Positions 51,041 to 63,991 are shown, numbered from the stretch's first letter. The stretch: DNA of 64,000 nt from Klebsormidium nitens (GCA_000708835.1 DF237202.1:57540-121539), one strand, 5' to 3'. Numbers and translations: made by a program. Notes: generated by a model from the sequence alone, not told the origin.

Positions 51041-52908
51041 AAAGTCTTTGTTGATTGTATATCGCACTAATTGGACATGCATCTGGTTCAGTCATCGCGG
51101 TCAATGGCGAGTGCATGTGTGCATCGAACGAATTGTTGCGTATGTGCCAAGCCTACACAGACATGTGAAGCCTGACAGCTACAAAGGCTGCATGCAAAGT
51201 TGCAAAGTAAGCGATTTGTTGCGCGGGCAATCATTCAACAGAAGTGACTTGACGACTGGAGGTTGCATTCTGATTCAGATTTATGAGACTCAATCAGAAG
51301 ACTCTCGGTGAACAATTGATTGCGTTGCAGAGCTCGATATATCGGCTGCATGTGCATATACATACCGCTCATGACCTTGTCGTTATACAATACCCGGGTT
51401 TTCCATTACACACGTCCAAACTGAGGATCGGATCCGATGCAGGCTAGGAAGCCTGTGAGGACATCCTAAGATCCTAATATGAACGGCATGTCAACTTAAG
51501 TTTACAGCCTACGATATCTAGTCAGCTCTCCTCATTTTGCTTAGACCAAGACGGTTGCGGTGCGGCGTGTACACATATACGTCGTGTTCTGCATGCTACT
51601 ATGACTGTTGCACATCGATCATTGGCATGGTCGACCCACGGTCGACTCGAACTCTAGATGCACTTATGCCAGCAGATTGTCACTACCGTAGTTTCTTCAA
51701 GGCTGGGCTGAGGTGGACCCTCTGGTCAAGGAGCTGTTAGCAAGCAGGAGCGCCAGATGAGCGCCTCATTTGTCAACAGTCTCATTGCGTAGCAATGGGC
51801 CCGCGCCCTGAACTTGAAACCGTCCCCTCTAATTCAAGCGCCTCATCTCACACTTGTAACGTACAAGTTACAACTTACAGAGCCTCTGTTGAGAGCCTCT
51901 GTCGAGTCTCTGCGCCACCTCTGCGCAGTTTAACTAGTATTAATTACTACACATGCAAGCAGGAAGCCACATCATGAGTCGTCCGGGTGACCTGACCAAA
52001 GTGCCAGGTGTTCGAACTTCGTCCGCAATGGTTCCGAACCTGCGCACTTTTCACGCCAAAAAGTAACGTACCTGTCCGAAAGCGACGGCAGGGGTGTCCG
52101 AAAGCGACCTCATGCGGCGCCTTGCATTCGGCAATTCCCCTGATAAATGCTGAGCGTCCAGCTGTGAGTGAAAGTATCTTCGGTGGAGTTGCACGCCTGT
52201 GCTTTTTCCAATTGATTTGTGCTGGTCGCTTCGTCGTAAAAGTTCAGCGCTGATGTCAGACCAACTCTGCTACATCCTGCCGCTTTTCCTGTGGTCTCAA
52301 AGTGAGGCTCACTTCAGTTGCGGCATTCTGAAGACAAGGGAAGCTTTTAAGGAGCAATGCTGCACTTTCTCCTGCAGTGATTGCCAGGGAACAAGCGGAG
52401 TACTAGCCACCCCAACCAAGCATGGTTTGGTCCAATATCGAAGTCCGTTCTTTCCGCGCCCGTCGCAAGGGCCCTGCACCGCCTCTGACCTGCCGCATTG
52501 ATTGCGCTTGTTGAGGGGCCGGGCCTGCAGAAAGGTGAGCACATTGCCTTCCTGACAATTGAGTGGCCGTCCTGGGTCGACTACACTTTTGGACATTGGT
52601 TAGCGTTGCGCTTGACAACCCCCCCCAGCCTGTGACTGCAATTATCATGGAGCTGGTGATGTCGTCAGAATCACAGGCCACTTGTGACCCCCTTTGTGTC
52701 AGAGCCTTTATGCGCTGCGTTTGAGCGTGGACGTGAGCTGAGACATGGCCTGCCTTTTTTGTTAGTCCAATACATATTCAAGGACTCGGTCAGCAAGTCC
52801 AATGGAAGAATCCAGTCACTGCGCTTGTCTGGCTGTCAGAGTAGGCCATAAAGGTGCACCCTTTCGCCGAACTCTGGATCTGAGCTGCTGAAGCATCTCC
52901 AGGTGACT

Positions 52909-52970
52909 TGTTGAGTCAACTAGGTATGAGTTAACCAAATATGAGTCAACCAGATGTAAGTCAACCAGGT
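52909..52970. repeat. Imperfect ~15-bp tandem (TGAGTCAACCAGGTA-like) x4
   Basis: tgagtcaactaggta tgagttaaccaaata tgagtcaaccagatg taagtcaaccaggta. Confidence 0.8.
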
Positions 52971-53111
52971 ATATGATGTTTTGTGCACAGGCTCAGACGA
53001 CCCTACATCAGCAGCTATAGCACACTGGTATCTCGCTTCTAAAAAGCCTCACTTTGGGCCTGCACCTGTCCTCCTAATTGGGACTTTGGCTAAATTGCAG
53101 CTCGTGGCGGG

Positions 53112-53649
53112 ATGGAGCCAGTGACAAGTGTGGAGTGTCTGGTTGTCGAGCTGGGCAACTGCGTTCTAGATGGGGCCTCAACTCTGGAGGAGGCAATCTC
53201 AGCACTAAGAGGGTATCTCTCAAAGGCAGAGGATGCTGCTTGGTCTCAAGCAATCGCAGTCATGGCTGACGGGGGCGAGGCAGTGCGCCAACGTGCGCGG
53301 CAGGAGCTTGCCAAAGTCCTCTCCGCAGAGCTCACTGGACCTACTGGGGGCCTGATGTGCGAGAAACGGAAAGTGGACAGATTCCAGGGGGCCAGAACTC
53401 GTGCAACAACTGTGGTAGGACTTTGCATACGTTCCTTGTCCTTTCTGTTGTTTTGTGACCCGCAGTTCTCTATGCACTTGGTGGGAGCGTAGGCTCTTCT
53501 GCTTACCTTTGGGAGAAGCTTGCAGGAAGGGAAAGTTGTATTTTAATGCAGCAACGCAATTTGTGCAGGACCTTATAAGCCTGCAACTTGTTAGACAGCG
53601 TGCTAGAAACAAGGGCGTTCTGTGGGAGTGGAACCCAGTGGGGGGCTAA
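53112..53649 (+). CDS. Candidate exons of unknown function (separate small gene or 5' part of the ARM/U-box gene)
   Basis: Helical-looking ORF MEPVTSVECLVVELGNCVLDGASTLEEAISALRGYLSKAEDAAWSQAIAVMADGGEAVRQRARQELAK, preceded by acceptor ttgcag, with a candidate donor gtagga at ~53415. Linkage unresolved. Confidence 0.35.
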
Positions 53650-54187
53650 CGTCTGCCAAATGGAAACTTTGTTTGTTTCAAAAGGTATTGTTGAAGACAC
53701 TGCAGAAGGTGTTCCAAGACACTGCAGAAAATGCTTTAAGAACTGAAATGAGCGCAAAATCAAGCAATAGACACATCAATAATCAAGGCTAATGTTGAGG
53801 CTTATTTTTGATTGTTTTTTGGGTACGTACAGCTTTGATCTGCACGGTATGAGGATAGCTGGATGCGGCCGTGCAACAATTCCCAGGCTCGTCCTGCCTT
53901 AGCCTATCTCTGCCGTTCAGTATTGCTGATATGCAGCAAGCAGAAAAGTCAAGGTGGCATCACTTATTACGGTGATTGCACGTACGTGGATCGCAAGCCT
54001 GGGCTCATTGTTCTATCTGGCTGCTCGGGGGAGGTTTTCAATGGGCAGTCAAAGGCCCTTGCCTGAGCAGCTCTGGTCACTGACCTGTGCGCAATATGGC
54101 AAGACAACCAGTCGTCTCAGACGTCCAGCGATCTGCATGATCCAGCTCAATCATCGTCGCCTTACCCATCTTTCTCTGGCCCTTCAG

Positions 54188-57100
54188 GAGGACCTCCCCC
54201 CTTACTTCCCCTTACGAGACAAGAGCCCCGAAGAACGCGTTCAGAAGTACAAAGAGCGTGTTCAAAACTGGAGCCTGATGGAAACCTGCGAGGTCTTTGA
54301 GGCCGCCATAACCGACCCCACAACCGGCCCTGACGATCGGGAGAAGCTGAAAGAGTTTCTCCAGGCCAAACACTACCGCCCGGCAGAGGAGCGGCTGCTC
54401 GCGCTGCGGCGCGCCACCCGGGCCTTCTCTGCTGTGGCGGAGGCGCAGCGACGGGTCGTGGAAGGACGGGCCATGGGGCAGCATGGGGGACTAGCCGTGG
54501 CGCAGTTGCGGGACGCCCAGGGACCAGCTGTTGCGCAACTGCAGGATGGCGGGGGATCAGCCGGAGCACAGCAGGCCCCTCGGTGCGGTATGCTCGGTTG
54601 TATGCTCAAGGGGCGCGGGTGCTTCCCGGACGTTGATCCAGAGGAGCCGCAGTGGACGTCGTGCGAGCCGTGCGGAAAGAGGAAACGGGGGGGAGACGCC
54701 GCGTCTTCGTCCACACCAACGCAGCAAGGATCGTGGAGCGGATCGGACGCTTTTGGACCGGGCTCCCTCGGGCAGAGCTCGTTTGAACAAAATTCGTCCG
54801 GACTGGGCTCATTCGGACAGGGATCGTGGGGAAAGTCCTCGTTTGAAAAGGGATTGTCGGGACAGGGCTCATCCGGGCACGATCTCTCCTTGGAGTTGTA
54901 TTTGTTGGAGTCTGAGACCGAGGCGGGACAGGGCTCATTCGAGCAGACTCTCTCCTTCGGGTACTTGTTGGAGTCTGAGACCGAGGGGGGACAGGGCTCA
55001 TCCGGGCAGGATTTCTCTTTCGGGTACTTGTTGGAGTCTGAGACCGAGGCGGCAGCCGACCCACAGCACGGACGTCCGAGCTCAGAGGACAGCAAGCTGC
55101 AACTGGCATTGAACGAGGAAGAGGAGGAAGAGGAAGAGGAGAGCGAGACAGACGCTGAGCACGATGACGTCAGCAAGAGCGACAGTGACGATGACGACGC
55201 ACCCGAGGCCGGGGGCCAGGGAGTGGCTCCTCAAGGCCCACAAGGGGATCCCCCCGACAACGGCGGCGGCGGTGTTCCGTATACGGAGGACTTTGGCGGC
55301 CGGGACTTACACCCGGCGGAGTTTGGCGGCGCTCGAGACTACGGCTACAAGAGAGCCGCTGACTCAGAGGGCCCGAGGCACGTGATCTGCGGACAGCGGA
55401 CAGGGTTCACGTGGGCCGGATCCGGACCCCGTCGGCGCTCCCTCGGGGCTGCGGCGGGGAATGCAGCGGCCAAGGCCTGCTTGGCTTCGTCTTCGGACAA
55501 GGTGGTCAAGTCCAGTTCGGACGGCGCGCTGTCCGCGCTGGAGGAGCGGTTGCAAAGGGTGCTGATCGACGAGGAGGTGCGTACTAGAACTTTGTCCGGT
55601 CCTTTTTGTAAGGTTCGTTGCATTTTAGAACTTCGGTGCTCGTTAGTCCTCCTCTGTTTCTTACCGGCCAAGGTTCAAGATTGCAGATACCCCTGTTGGA
55701 ACGAGCGCTTATTTCGAAACGAATGGCAATGAAGACGACGGCTTGAAATGCTGCTACTGCTCTTGCGATGCTTTCGAAAAGCTACCCGTCGACGTACTAC
55801 TACTGTCAGAACTTTAATGTGCGCGCACGGAGTCTTAACATGAACGGCTCTTCCTGTTCAGGACGCTGACTCCGGTTCCGCTGAGTCCGGTTCCGCTGAG
55901 CCCACCGGCGGCCGGCGCTTGCCGGAGCTGCCGCCGATTCGCATGCGGCAAAGCGACGACCGCAGGGGGCTGCTCGCCGTGCTGCCCGCCGTGCTGCCTC
56001 CAAAGGCGGCCACGTGAGTCTCGTGCCAATTATACTCGGTCGAAGTTTCACCATAACCCATTACTTTTCTTTCCGCAATTTGCGGAGCATGGTGTTTTTT
56101 GCGGTAAGCTTTCCAGCAACGCTGTTCTTTCTTGCTCTCTTGTTCGGAAGGGCTACAATGAATCTAGAAGCCGCCCTTGCGCTGCTTGTTTGATCGTCAG
56201 AAAGGGTGGAGGCGAGAGCTAAAGCGCGCCCCCTTTTCCTGGCGGACGCCATGACCAACTCAAAAAGTGCACAAGAAGAATCTCTTCCTAAACCGTTCCG
56301 ATCGGCGTTCAACGGTCTCGATCCTCCTTTACAGAAAGTCAAATGTGCACAAAGTAGGACATGGTATAATTGGAACGAGAATTTTCAGCCACATGTTTGC
56401 TTGTCGCTGCTTCATCTGGGACTGCCGACTTTTGCGGCCCTGTCTTCCAAACTCTCTACGCTTTATCTCTGCTTGAAGTTCCGCCTTGCGTGACAATACT
56501 CGCTGGAAAGAAAGTCTGTCTCTCAGGTTATTCTGTTTTCATGCCAATCGCACTGTTGTATCAGGTGGGCCGGCTTATGTTCCTCACATTTTATGCCTCA
56601 GGTACGTGACTGAGCGAGACGCTGCAGCAGTGCAACGCAACAGCAATGACGCCAAGTCCAGCCTGCCAATTGCCGTTCCTCAGAGGCCCTCTCTACCATG
56701 CCAAGACGAGAAGAACGTGAGTCTGTCCCTGTCCGTTTCTGGAGGCTGCTCTTTACCGCCCGTCTTTGGAGCTGGTTTCTCATCACTGCTGAGTTGAAGT
56801 CCTCGAATGGGCAAGGATAAGATCGAGCGACAGTCTGGCAGGGCGGTAGATCAGCACGTCTTTTTCCGGCTTGAACTCGGCAACCAGTTCATGTGTTCAA
56901 CAAATTGAATTGGAAGTGTGCGGTCGAGGTATAAAATCTAACCCAAAAGAATAACTGAATGACATAAAGCAAGAAGTGCAGAAATCAGAATAATCTGTCG
57001 GATTAAGCTGTGTATAATAAGCCAAGCAGCCTGGGACGGGTGAGGTTACTTTGAGGGTTTAGGGTGGGTACGGGTGCGGAGCGGTTTATTTGGAGGGTCA

Positions 57101-60100
57101 GGTTTTTGGTGTTAGGGCAGGAGCTTACTATACCTGAATTGAAGAGACATCTAAGATGCGCCACAGAGATAGAGCGCAAATGAGGGGCCTCGATACCGGA
57201 AATTTCAAAGTGTTCCTGGGGCCTTTCTGCCTGCTCCATCTGCAAACATTAATCTTCCCCCCACTGTTATGAGCAATCTCACTCTTGTTCTTTTGAATTG
57301 CAGTCTTATGCATCTTACGCTGTGCTTTCTGCGCCTCTCCTCAGGTACCGCCAACCGCGCGTGAGCTCTTTCTCGCCAGCCTCAAGCCCTGCACGCTGAC
57401 GCCGTTCGAGTCCGCTCTCGCGTCCGCTCTCGAGCTGCTCGACGCTTCGGACGTCCGCAACGGCCTCGCAAACCTCGCGCAGCTCCTGGCGCCGGGCCGG
57501 CGCTCGGACATCCTCGGCGTGAACGCCGCAGCCCTTTCTCACGTGGTGTCCGCCCTCATTACCGGTTTGGACCGTCCGGATGCTGCCACGTGGCAGCAGC
57601 GCGAGCTCCTGGTCACGTGCCTGTTGGAGGTCAGCGAGAACACCCGACTGGTTCCCCTGGTGAAGCGCCCGGTCCCCCCGTTCAACGTACCGGGCACTCG
57701 CCGGATCGTCAGCGCGCTGTGGCGCGCGTTCATGGCGGTTAAGCAAACCGGCTGGCCCGACCGCGACGGCACCCCTGCGCTGATCCGGGTTCTCGCTAAC
57801 CTGGCCGCCTCTGACCTGGAGTGCCACCACGAGATCTCCCGCCACGGGGGGCTCTGCCTGGTGCAGGGTCTCGTAACCCTGGCCAGCCAACCGGACGACC
57901 GCGAGCCGTCCGATCCCGTCCGCAAGCCGTCCGAAGCCGTCCGCACCCGTCAGCATGCGTACCAGTGGAGGCGGGAGGTCATCAACGAAGGCACGCGCGC
58001 GCTGAATTTCATCCTGCCTACGTGGGGGAAGCAGCAGACCGGGGGATCCCTTGGTGGGGCGCGCGAAGAGAAGAAGCTGACGCAGAAGAGGCTGGAAGCC
58101 GCATCAGAGGCGCTGCGCGTCATGGCGCTAGAGGTGAGCAATCGCAACGGGTTTGCAATTCTGAGAAATTTTGAGAATTGTGTGGCAACTTTGCAAAAAT
58201 TACCAAGCTGCGCTCCTTAGCGCGCTTGCCTAGCGCGTGCGAGAGACGAAGGTTGCCATCTTTTTACCGATAGCTATCGTAGCTATCAAGATAATCAATT
58301 AGAAGTTTTGCTTCAAAGCCCATTTTTGTTTTATTGTCTCTACGTTTTTTCATTTTTAAGGTTTTCGCATCTTTTGCCTAGATTTCCCGGTATGATTTTT
58401 GGTTCCTATCCGGGAAAAGTGCCCGTTTTTGGAAACGCGGCAACCACTCGGGGCAAAGTGCAGCCATCAATATCCTTCTTGCCCCAACTAATCATCTTGG
58501 AAGTTCCCCCCGGTTGTAGCAGCTTCGCAGGTCGAACGCCGACTGCCACTTGCTTGATGAAATTGTGCTGCTTATGTCCTGCAAGGATCACTGCTTTCCC
58601 AACAACTCAATGCGCTCTTGAATCAAACCGTCATTTGACACTAGGCCGCTCCCTTTTTCAGGGCAAAAGTGCGAGCGTGCATGTCGAAGCCCTTGACATC
58701 AAAAAGGATTCGTGTCCCTTGGAGGCGGTTGCGGGATTCACCCATGGCGGCACTTTCTGCCCAGACCGGAACTTGGGAGTATGGTGCACCGACTACCTCA
58801 GGTAAGGAAGCAAGCAGTCGGACTGATAAGCAGGCAATTCTTTGGACCCGCCCGTAAGGCAACTTGAGCACCGCTTGGCTTTGACAGACTTTCTTTGCAG
58901 GAGCGTTTTCGTCTAGGCCTGAAGGCCTGACCGATTGCACATTCTCCATCGAGAAGCGCCTCGACACTCGGTCTGCATCAAGTTTCCTCTTCAGATATTT
59001 TTAATGAGCCAATCATCTCGGATCCTTTGCTTTTGAGAAAACCACACGAGTCGATCCTCTTTGATGACTGGGGTTTGTGAGTCTGCCAAAGCAGATTGTC
59101 TTAACTTCATCCTCACAGAAGGTAACTGATTTGCGACTGCGCCTCCCCCTACGTTCAGGGATCAAGTACAAGAGCTCAAGCAGCTGCTGATGAGGCCAGC
59201 TGGCATCGATGCGCCGCCGCCTGTACAGCTGGTAAGTAGCCGGGAAGCATAGAATCAAATACCTTTTGCAAGGCGAGCCCGGGGGCCCTTGCATCGAGTC
59301 TCTGCAACTTTTTAGAAAGTGGGTCTGTGCTAGAGCTCTAGCCTGAGGCGAATGGCAATCTGCTCCGAAGCAGATACCGTAGAAGGCAGTCTCGTGCTCT
59401 TTCTCACGGTCAGGGTGATTGCTAAGCGGACCGCTTCGAGGCCTGCCACCAATTCCGCTGAACACAAGGCCCCTCCAGTGCAACCGTCTCAAGGGGTTCA
59501 CTGCTTTCTTTCAGGAGGCCTTGTTGAAGGGAACCCCTGCTGGCAACGAGACGCACTGCACGCAGACAGAGGAGACGATGGAGCAGCGCGCTTCCAAGGC
59601 GGCGGAAAAGGACACGCTGACGCTCGCGGTCCAGCTGCAGATGGCAAAGGAAAAGGCACGCCGCTACCAGAAGGAGCTCCAGGTGGGCACGTGACCAGCT
59701 TTCAAGGGAAAGCTGAAGGCCTGCAGCACGTTAGAAGAACTTCTGACCCCTGGTTACTTGCAAGCCACGAAATTTGCTTGCAAGGCGTTTTGAAGATGAG
59801 ACGTACTGAGCATTGAGCCCTGCCGTGGAAAGCAAGCCTTGTTCTTTGAGTTCTGATCACAGGGCGTTATTGCCATCGTCAGTCGGAGTACTGTCCAGAG
59901 TGTTTAGTCCGTTGCTTGCTTGATCGCTCGATCACTCCTCAGTCCCGTGTATGGCGGGCCCTCTGTCTGGTGCAATTATATCCCAAGGCATGGCGAACAC
60001 ATGAACTCTCTTCCAAATTTGATGGAGCCGAAGGTGGGTCAAACAGATTCAATAACGGAAGGCTTGACCCCAAAAAGACGCTGTCTCGTGCATCAAGTGC

Positions 60101-61259
60101 AAACAAACAAGTTCACATGACATGTGTCTTTTTCGGACGATTATCGAGAATGGACGTGTTCCTTTGCCCGCAAGACACACGAAAGACCGCGCGGTTCGAC
60201 TTGCTTCCGCCCGCGAGCTGACGTCACGCTGACGCCATCGCCCGACGTCTCGTTCCGCAGGCGGCCTATGACCTGCTCGACCGCGGCACTAGCGCGAGCT
60301 GCGTTAACCAGGCGCTGGTAGCCTTCTTCTCGGACGCTGGGGTTAGCGCCAAACCCAGCACGGAACCCTTCGACAACTTCCCCACGGGCTGTCTGTGCCC
60401 GGTCTGCCACCAGGTCCTTAACCTGGCGGTTATCCTGGAGTCCGGTTTCTCCTGCTGCGCAGCGTGCACCGACAATCTCTTTGGTGGACAGGAGACTGCC
60501 AAGTGTCCCGTCACCCAGGCGCTGATCCACCGGAGCAGGTGGGTGCCGCGAGCTGACGTCACGCATGATGTCAGCAAGTCACGCGGCAAGAGCTTGCGAA
60601 TAGCGCGCTCAGCAATCGCTGCAAGAGAAGGTCATGCAGAGCCACGTGGCAAGGGATATGAGCACGGTCACGCGTTTCCGAATGTGCTTACCGTCGTGCG
60701 GTGTGCTTATCGCGTTTGCGAAGCCCCTGATCGAATGACCAAAGGCGAGCACACGTTTTACAGCACGGACGGTTCTGAACTAGCGACGGGGTCACATGAT
60801 AGCTTTTCACTGGCCACCTCGTTACGCACTGCGGGATTGGAGCGTTGAAAAGAAAAGTCTGTTTATAGAAGCTTGGCAAATCCTCGTTGCTACGATCACA
60901 GATAGGAAAGATATGGCTTGAGCGATGCGGTCTCTTTCGCGTCTTTTTCTCAACCGCTCTCTCTTCCCGCCGCGCGCAGGGTCATTCAGAACGAAGGCTT
61001 GCGCCTGACAATCAAGAACTGGGAGGAGTCAGCCCTCGAGTGGCTGACGAAACAAAGGGCCCTCTTGGGCGCTCCAGCGCCCCCCCTCGCGCCTCAGCAC
61101 GTCTTTAGCGCGCGCGCGGAGGCAACGCGGCCGCCCGTTGGCTCCCCGCGCGCACGTCGGCTCAGCAGGGACGTGCGGCGGCCGGAAGGCGCGGACCGCG
61201 CGAGGGTGACGTTGCCACAGTCGCCGTTGAAAAAGGTGGAGGGCTTCTTGCTACGCTAA
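54188..61259 (+). CDS. ARM-like repeat protein with coiled coil and C-terminal U-box/RING hybrid (putative E3 ubiquitin ligase); 5' end not determined
   Basis: Exons 54188-55576, 55862-56013, 56602-56716, 57345-58133, 59515-59682, 60261-60538 and 60980-61259 are phase-consistent. ARM-like LIRVLANLAASDLECHHEISRHGGLCLVQGLVTLA. The U-box-like segment PTGCLCPVCHQVLNLAVILESGFSCCAACTDNLFGGQETAKCPVTQALIHRS|RVIQNEGLRLTIKNW appears only after splicing. Confidence 0.8.
54860..55051 (+). repeat. Coding tandem repeat, 63-66 nt x3 (GQGSxxxxxSFGYLLESETEx)
   Basis: GQGSSGHDLSLELYLLESETEA / GQGSFEQTLSFGYLLESETEG / GQGSSGQDFSFGYLLESETEA. Confidence 0.9.
57012..57133. mobile_element. Small MITE-like unit (122 bp) inside an intron
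   Basis: IR GTATAATAAGC / GCTTACTATAC (10/11). Its minus strand carries the CGCTCCGCACCCGTACCCACCCTAA core also seen at 28646 and 29865. Confidence 0.55.
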
Positions 61260-61737
61260 TTGCTACCGTACCTTTGGATAGAGCCCTAGCAGCCGACACC
61301 TGGCATGGCATCATTGCAGAAGTCTGGCCTGTAATCAATATGAGGGTGATCGAACGGTGGCGCGGCCCTGCATGCTCCAACTTTGGAGAGGGTGCGCTGG
61401 AGAACTTGAAGCGCAAGTAGCGCAGGTAGCGCAGCTTTGGCCAGGTCGCCTAGCTGGCTGCAGTAACTAGGGATGAGATGTTAAGCCCTTGAGCGGATTG
61501 GAGCGAGACCAGAGGACGGCAGGCTGGCGCTCAGGAATACTGCAGATTCTTTGTTGTAATGCAAGCGAGCCCAGGGATCTGAGACGGCATTCCGGAGTTT
61601 GGATGCGACAACAAACAGTCCACTTGCTTCCATGTTGGCTCGTCCTGGGTGCCTCCCTCCGAAGCTACCCACCGCCCAGGAGACAAGCCCGCCATAAACG
61701 TATAGAGGGAGCGACCACAGTCACTGCCTGACAATAT

Positions 61738-61890
61738 GCGGTTTCGGTATAAAGGTTGTATATATGGGTTTTGTGTGTAGGTTGTTATACAAGGTTCTGC
61801 TTGTATGGGGTTTGTATTTGGATTGTCATATAGGTTTTGTGTGTAAATTTTGTACATAGGTTCGGTGTACAGGTTCTGTACCATAGTTCC
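61738..61890. repeat. Degenerate GT-rich tandem array (TATAGGTTTTGTGTGTA-like units)
   Basis: Recurrent (a/g)ggtt(t/c)(t/g)gt(g/a)t motifs, with a local drop in GC and strong G/T strand bias. Confidence 0.6.
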
Positions 61891-62486
61891 TGTCTATAAG
61901 CTTTGTAAATAATCGATCAATTAGGGCCTGAACAATTTTAACGGTTGCACGGCAGTTTGAAGGGTTTCTTTATCATAAGATCTCATCGCGAAGTCACTGA
62001 TGTACGTGCAGACGTCTCCGACACATACCTTTCGAAAAAGCTGAGCCACAAGACTCTGCCATTCGTATACTAGTTGCATGGTTTCAAAGGTGGCCCTTGC
62101 CTCCAAAACTCTTAAATTGCAGATCAATGCGTGCAGTCGGATCGGATGCAAAGCGCCGCCGCCCCTTCTGAGACCAACTACATTACCAATTCAAAGCTCG
62201 CGATGATCTTCTCACTCGAGGCAATGCGCGGCGGCCGGCCCCATGATGGCCGTCATTAAAGTCAAGATCATAAATTATGATGTTTTTTATCTGTTTGACG
62301 ATCGAGATTATCTACTAGCTAGGGCCCCGCAGGCCCGGGGCCGTGCAATGTCCAACTGACTACTTACGTACAGTGGCGCATGGCTTTCGGCAATTCGACA
62401 GCATCCAGTGCTGTACCTGCACATGACGCGATCAGCTTTGCTTGCTATGTCGATCATGCCAAGTACGCACAATAATGCGATCATGT

Positions 62487-62616
62487 GAATCACCTTGACG
62501 AAAATCAGTCTGACTCTTCTCCCATGCTTCGATCTGCATCATGTCATCACGATTCTTGTCCCGCAAAGAGCGGACAGCATGTGCCAGGCGGCTGCGGCGG
62601 GAACCCCCGTCGCAAA
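62487..62616 (+). repeat. Dispersed ~140-bp repeat, copy 2
   Basis: Same-orientation match to 50901-51040. Confidence 0.85.
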
Positions 62617-63387
62617 GTTCCCCTGTACAGTTATGAACGGTTCCAGCACGATCCGACGTTTGGATCAACTATGAGGCAATGAAAGCCGCAGGGAATGCAT
62701 GATAGCATGATGAAAGCTGTAGTGGGTCAAACGTTTGTTGCACGTTTGTTATTTCTGAGTGTCCAGCAAGAGGTGTACACCTTTGCATCTGATCATTCAT
62801 CCCCAGGCCCGATCCTTGGTCTCCAAGCAGATTGCATAGATTAGTCAGTTAGTTTATTTGCATAGCTCCAATGGCAGCAGTTGCGGGTTCGATCCCGAGA
62901 ACTGAGCAACATACTAAGCAGACCAGAACTGATTGGGATTCAATGTGAATTAGCATCTTGGACAATCTATATTGCATGTCAAGCTGAGCGATAACTTGGA
63001 AATTACATATACAGACCTTTCACGATTGGAACTTGGGTTCAGGTAATTGAAGTCCATCAAGCCTTCTCTCTAGATCACTGATCCAACATATTATATACTG
63101 CTCTCAACATGCCTATGATTAAATGTTATCGTTGTGTGGGGATCAGGATGCGGAGAGGGTTCTCTCGTGCCTATGAAACGAGAGACAAAACTGATCTTGC
63201 ATTATGGCTTGGATGCATTTTCAGTCTTGTCGATTTTGTCAATCTATATTAGGTAGTCGATAAATCGTTCAGTGGCAAATTCTGGCAATCCATATCATTT
63301 GCCCGAGAATACAGCTTATCTCGCCCTCCCTATACTCTCCCATTTTGACCAATGCCATGATCCGAGTACGCCGACAAGTTACAACTA

Positions 63388-63723
63388 CCCGTACGACCAA
63401 GGTATGATTCCGAATAAATAAAGAATTATTTGCATTCGGAAAGTTGGAAACTCCGGATAAGCAGTCGGAATCTGCTTTTTCGTAAACCGAAAATAACTGC
63501 TAAATCCCATTCGGAAAGTGATTTTATAGGCCGTATGAGTACACGGTACGTACCTTTTGCGACAATTGGCCCTGAAAATATAGGTACCGGGATACCTCAC
63601 ATTGATTCGGATTTAGGGTCGGAAAGTGGAAATCAATATATGATTTGGGCTCGCATCATCGCATTCACTAAAATAATTGCTTTTTTCGAGCATTCGGAAT
63701 TATTTATACCTTGGTCGTACGGG
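63388..63723. mobile_element. Tc1/mariner-type MITE, 336 bp
   Basis: Perfect 18-bp TIR CCCGTACGACCAAGGTAT / ATACCTTGGTCGTACGGG flanked by TA on both sides. AT-rich interior with repeated ATTCGGA/TTCCGA motifs. Confidence 0.85.
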
Positions 63724-63773
63724 TATGAAGTTCAAGAATGGAAAACTGGACTCCGACTTCCATGGGTTCTAGG

Positions 63774-63991
63774 CAGGGTTTCCCACAGCCGGCAACAGAA
63801 CCTGGACCTGGCCGGCCGAGAAGGGACCCCGGCCGGTGCCGAAGGCACCCCGCCGGCTGGCTAGCCGGCTGAAAAGCAGGCAAATAGTGAGCTCAGCCGG
63901 CCGGTAGAGCCAAATGTCAGCAATCGAGCCGACAGAACCGGGGGGCCGCCGGCAACTGGCCGGCCGGGACGAAACTCCGTGGGAAACCCTG
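63774..63991. mobile_element. hAT-type MITE, 218 bp
   Basis: Perfect 13-bp TIR CAGGGTTTCCCAC / GTGGGAAACCCTG and a perfect 8-bp TSD GTTCTAGG (63766-73, 63992-99). Interior rich in GCCGGC repeats. Confidence 0.92.

Noticed and set aside
54373-55176. 267-aa minus-strand ORF with repeats
   Set aside because: Antisense to the repeat-containing exon of the ARM/U-box gene.
57056-57066. TTTAGGG telomere-like motif
   Set aside because: Single copy, explained by the dispersed MITE core.
60141-60566. 141-aa minus-strand helical-looking ORF
   Set aside because: The plus strand encodes the U-box exon with matching splice phases.
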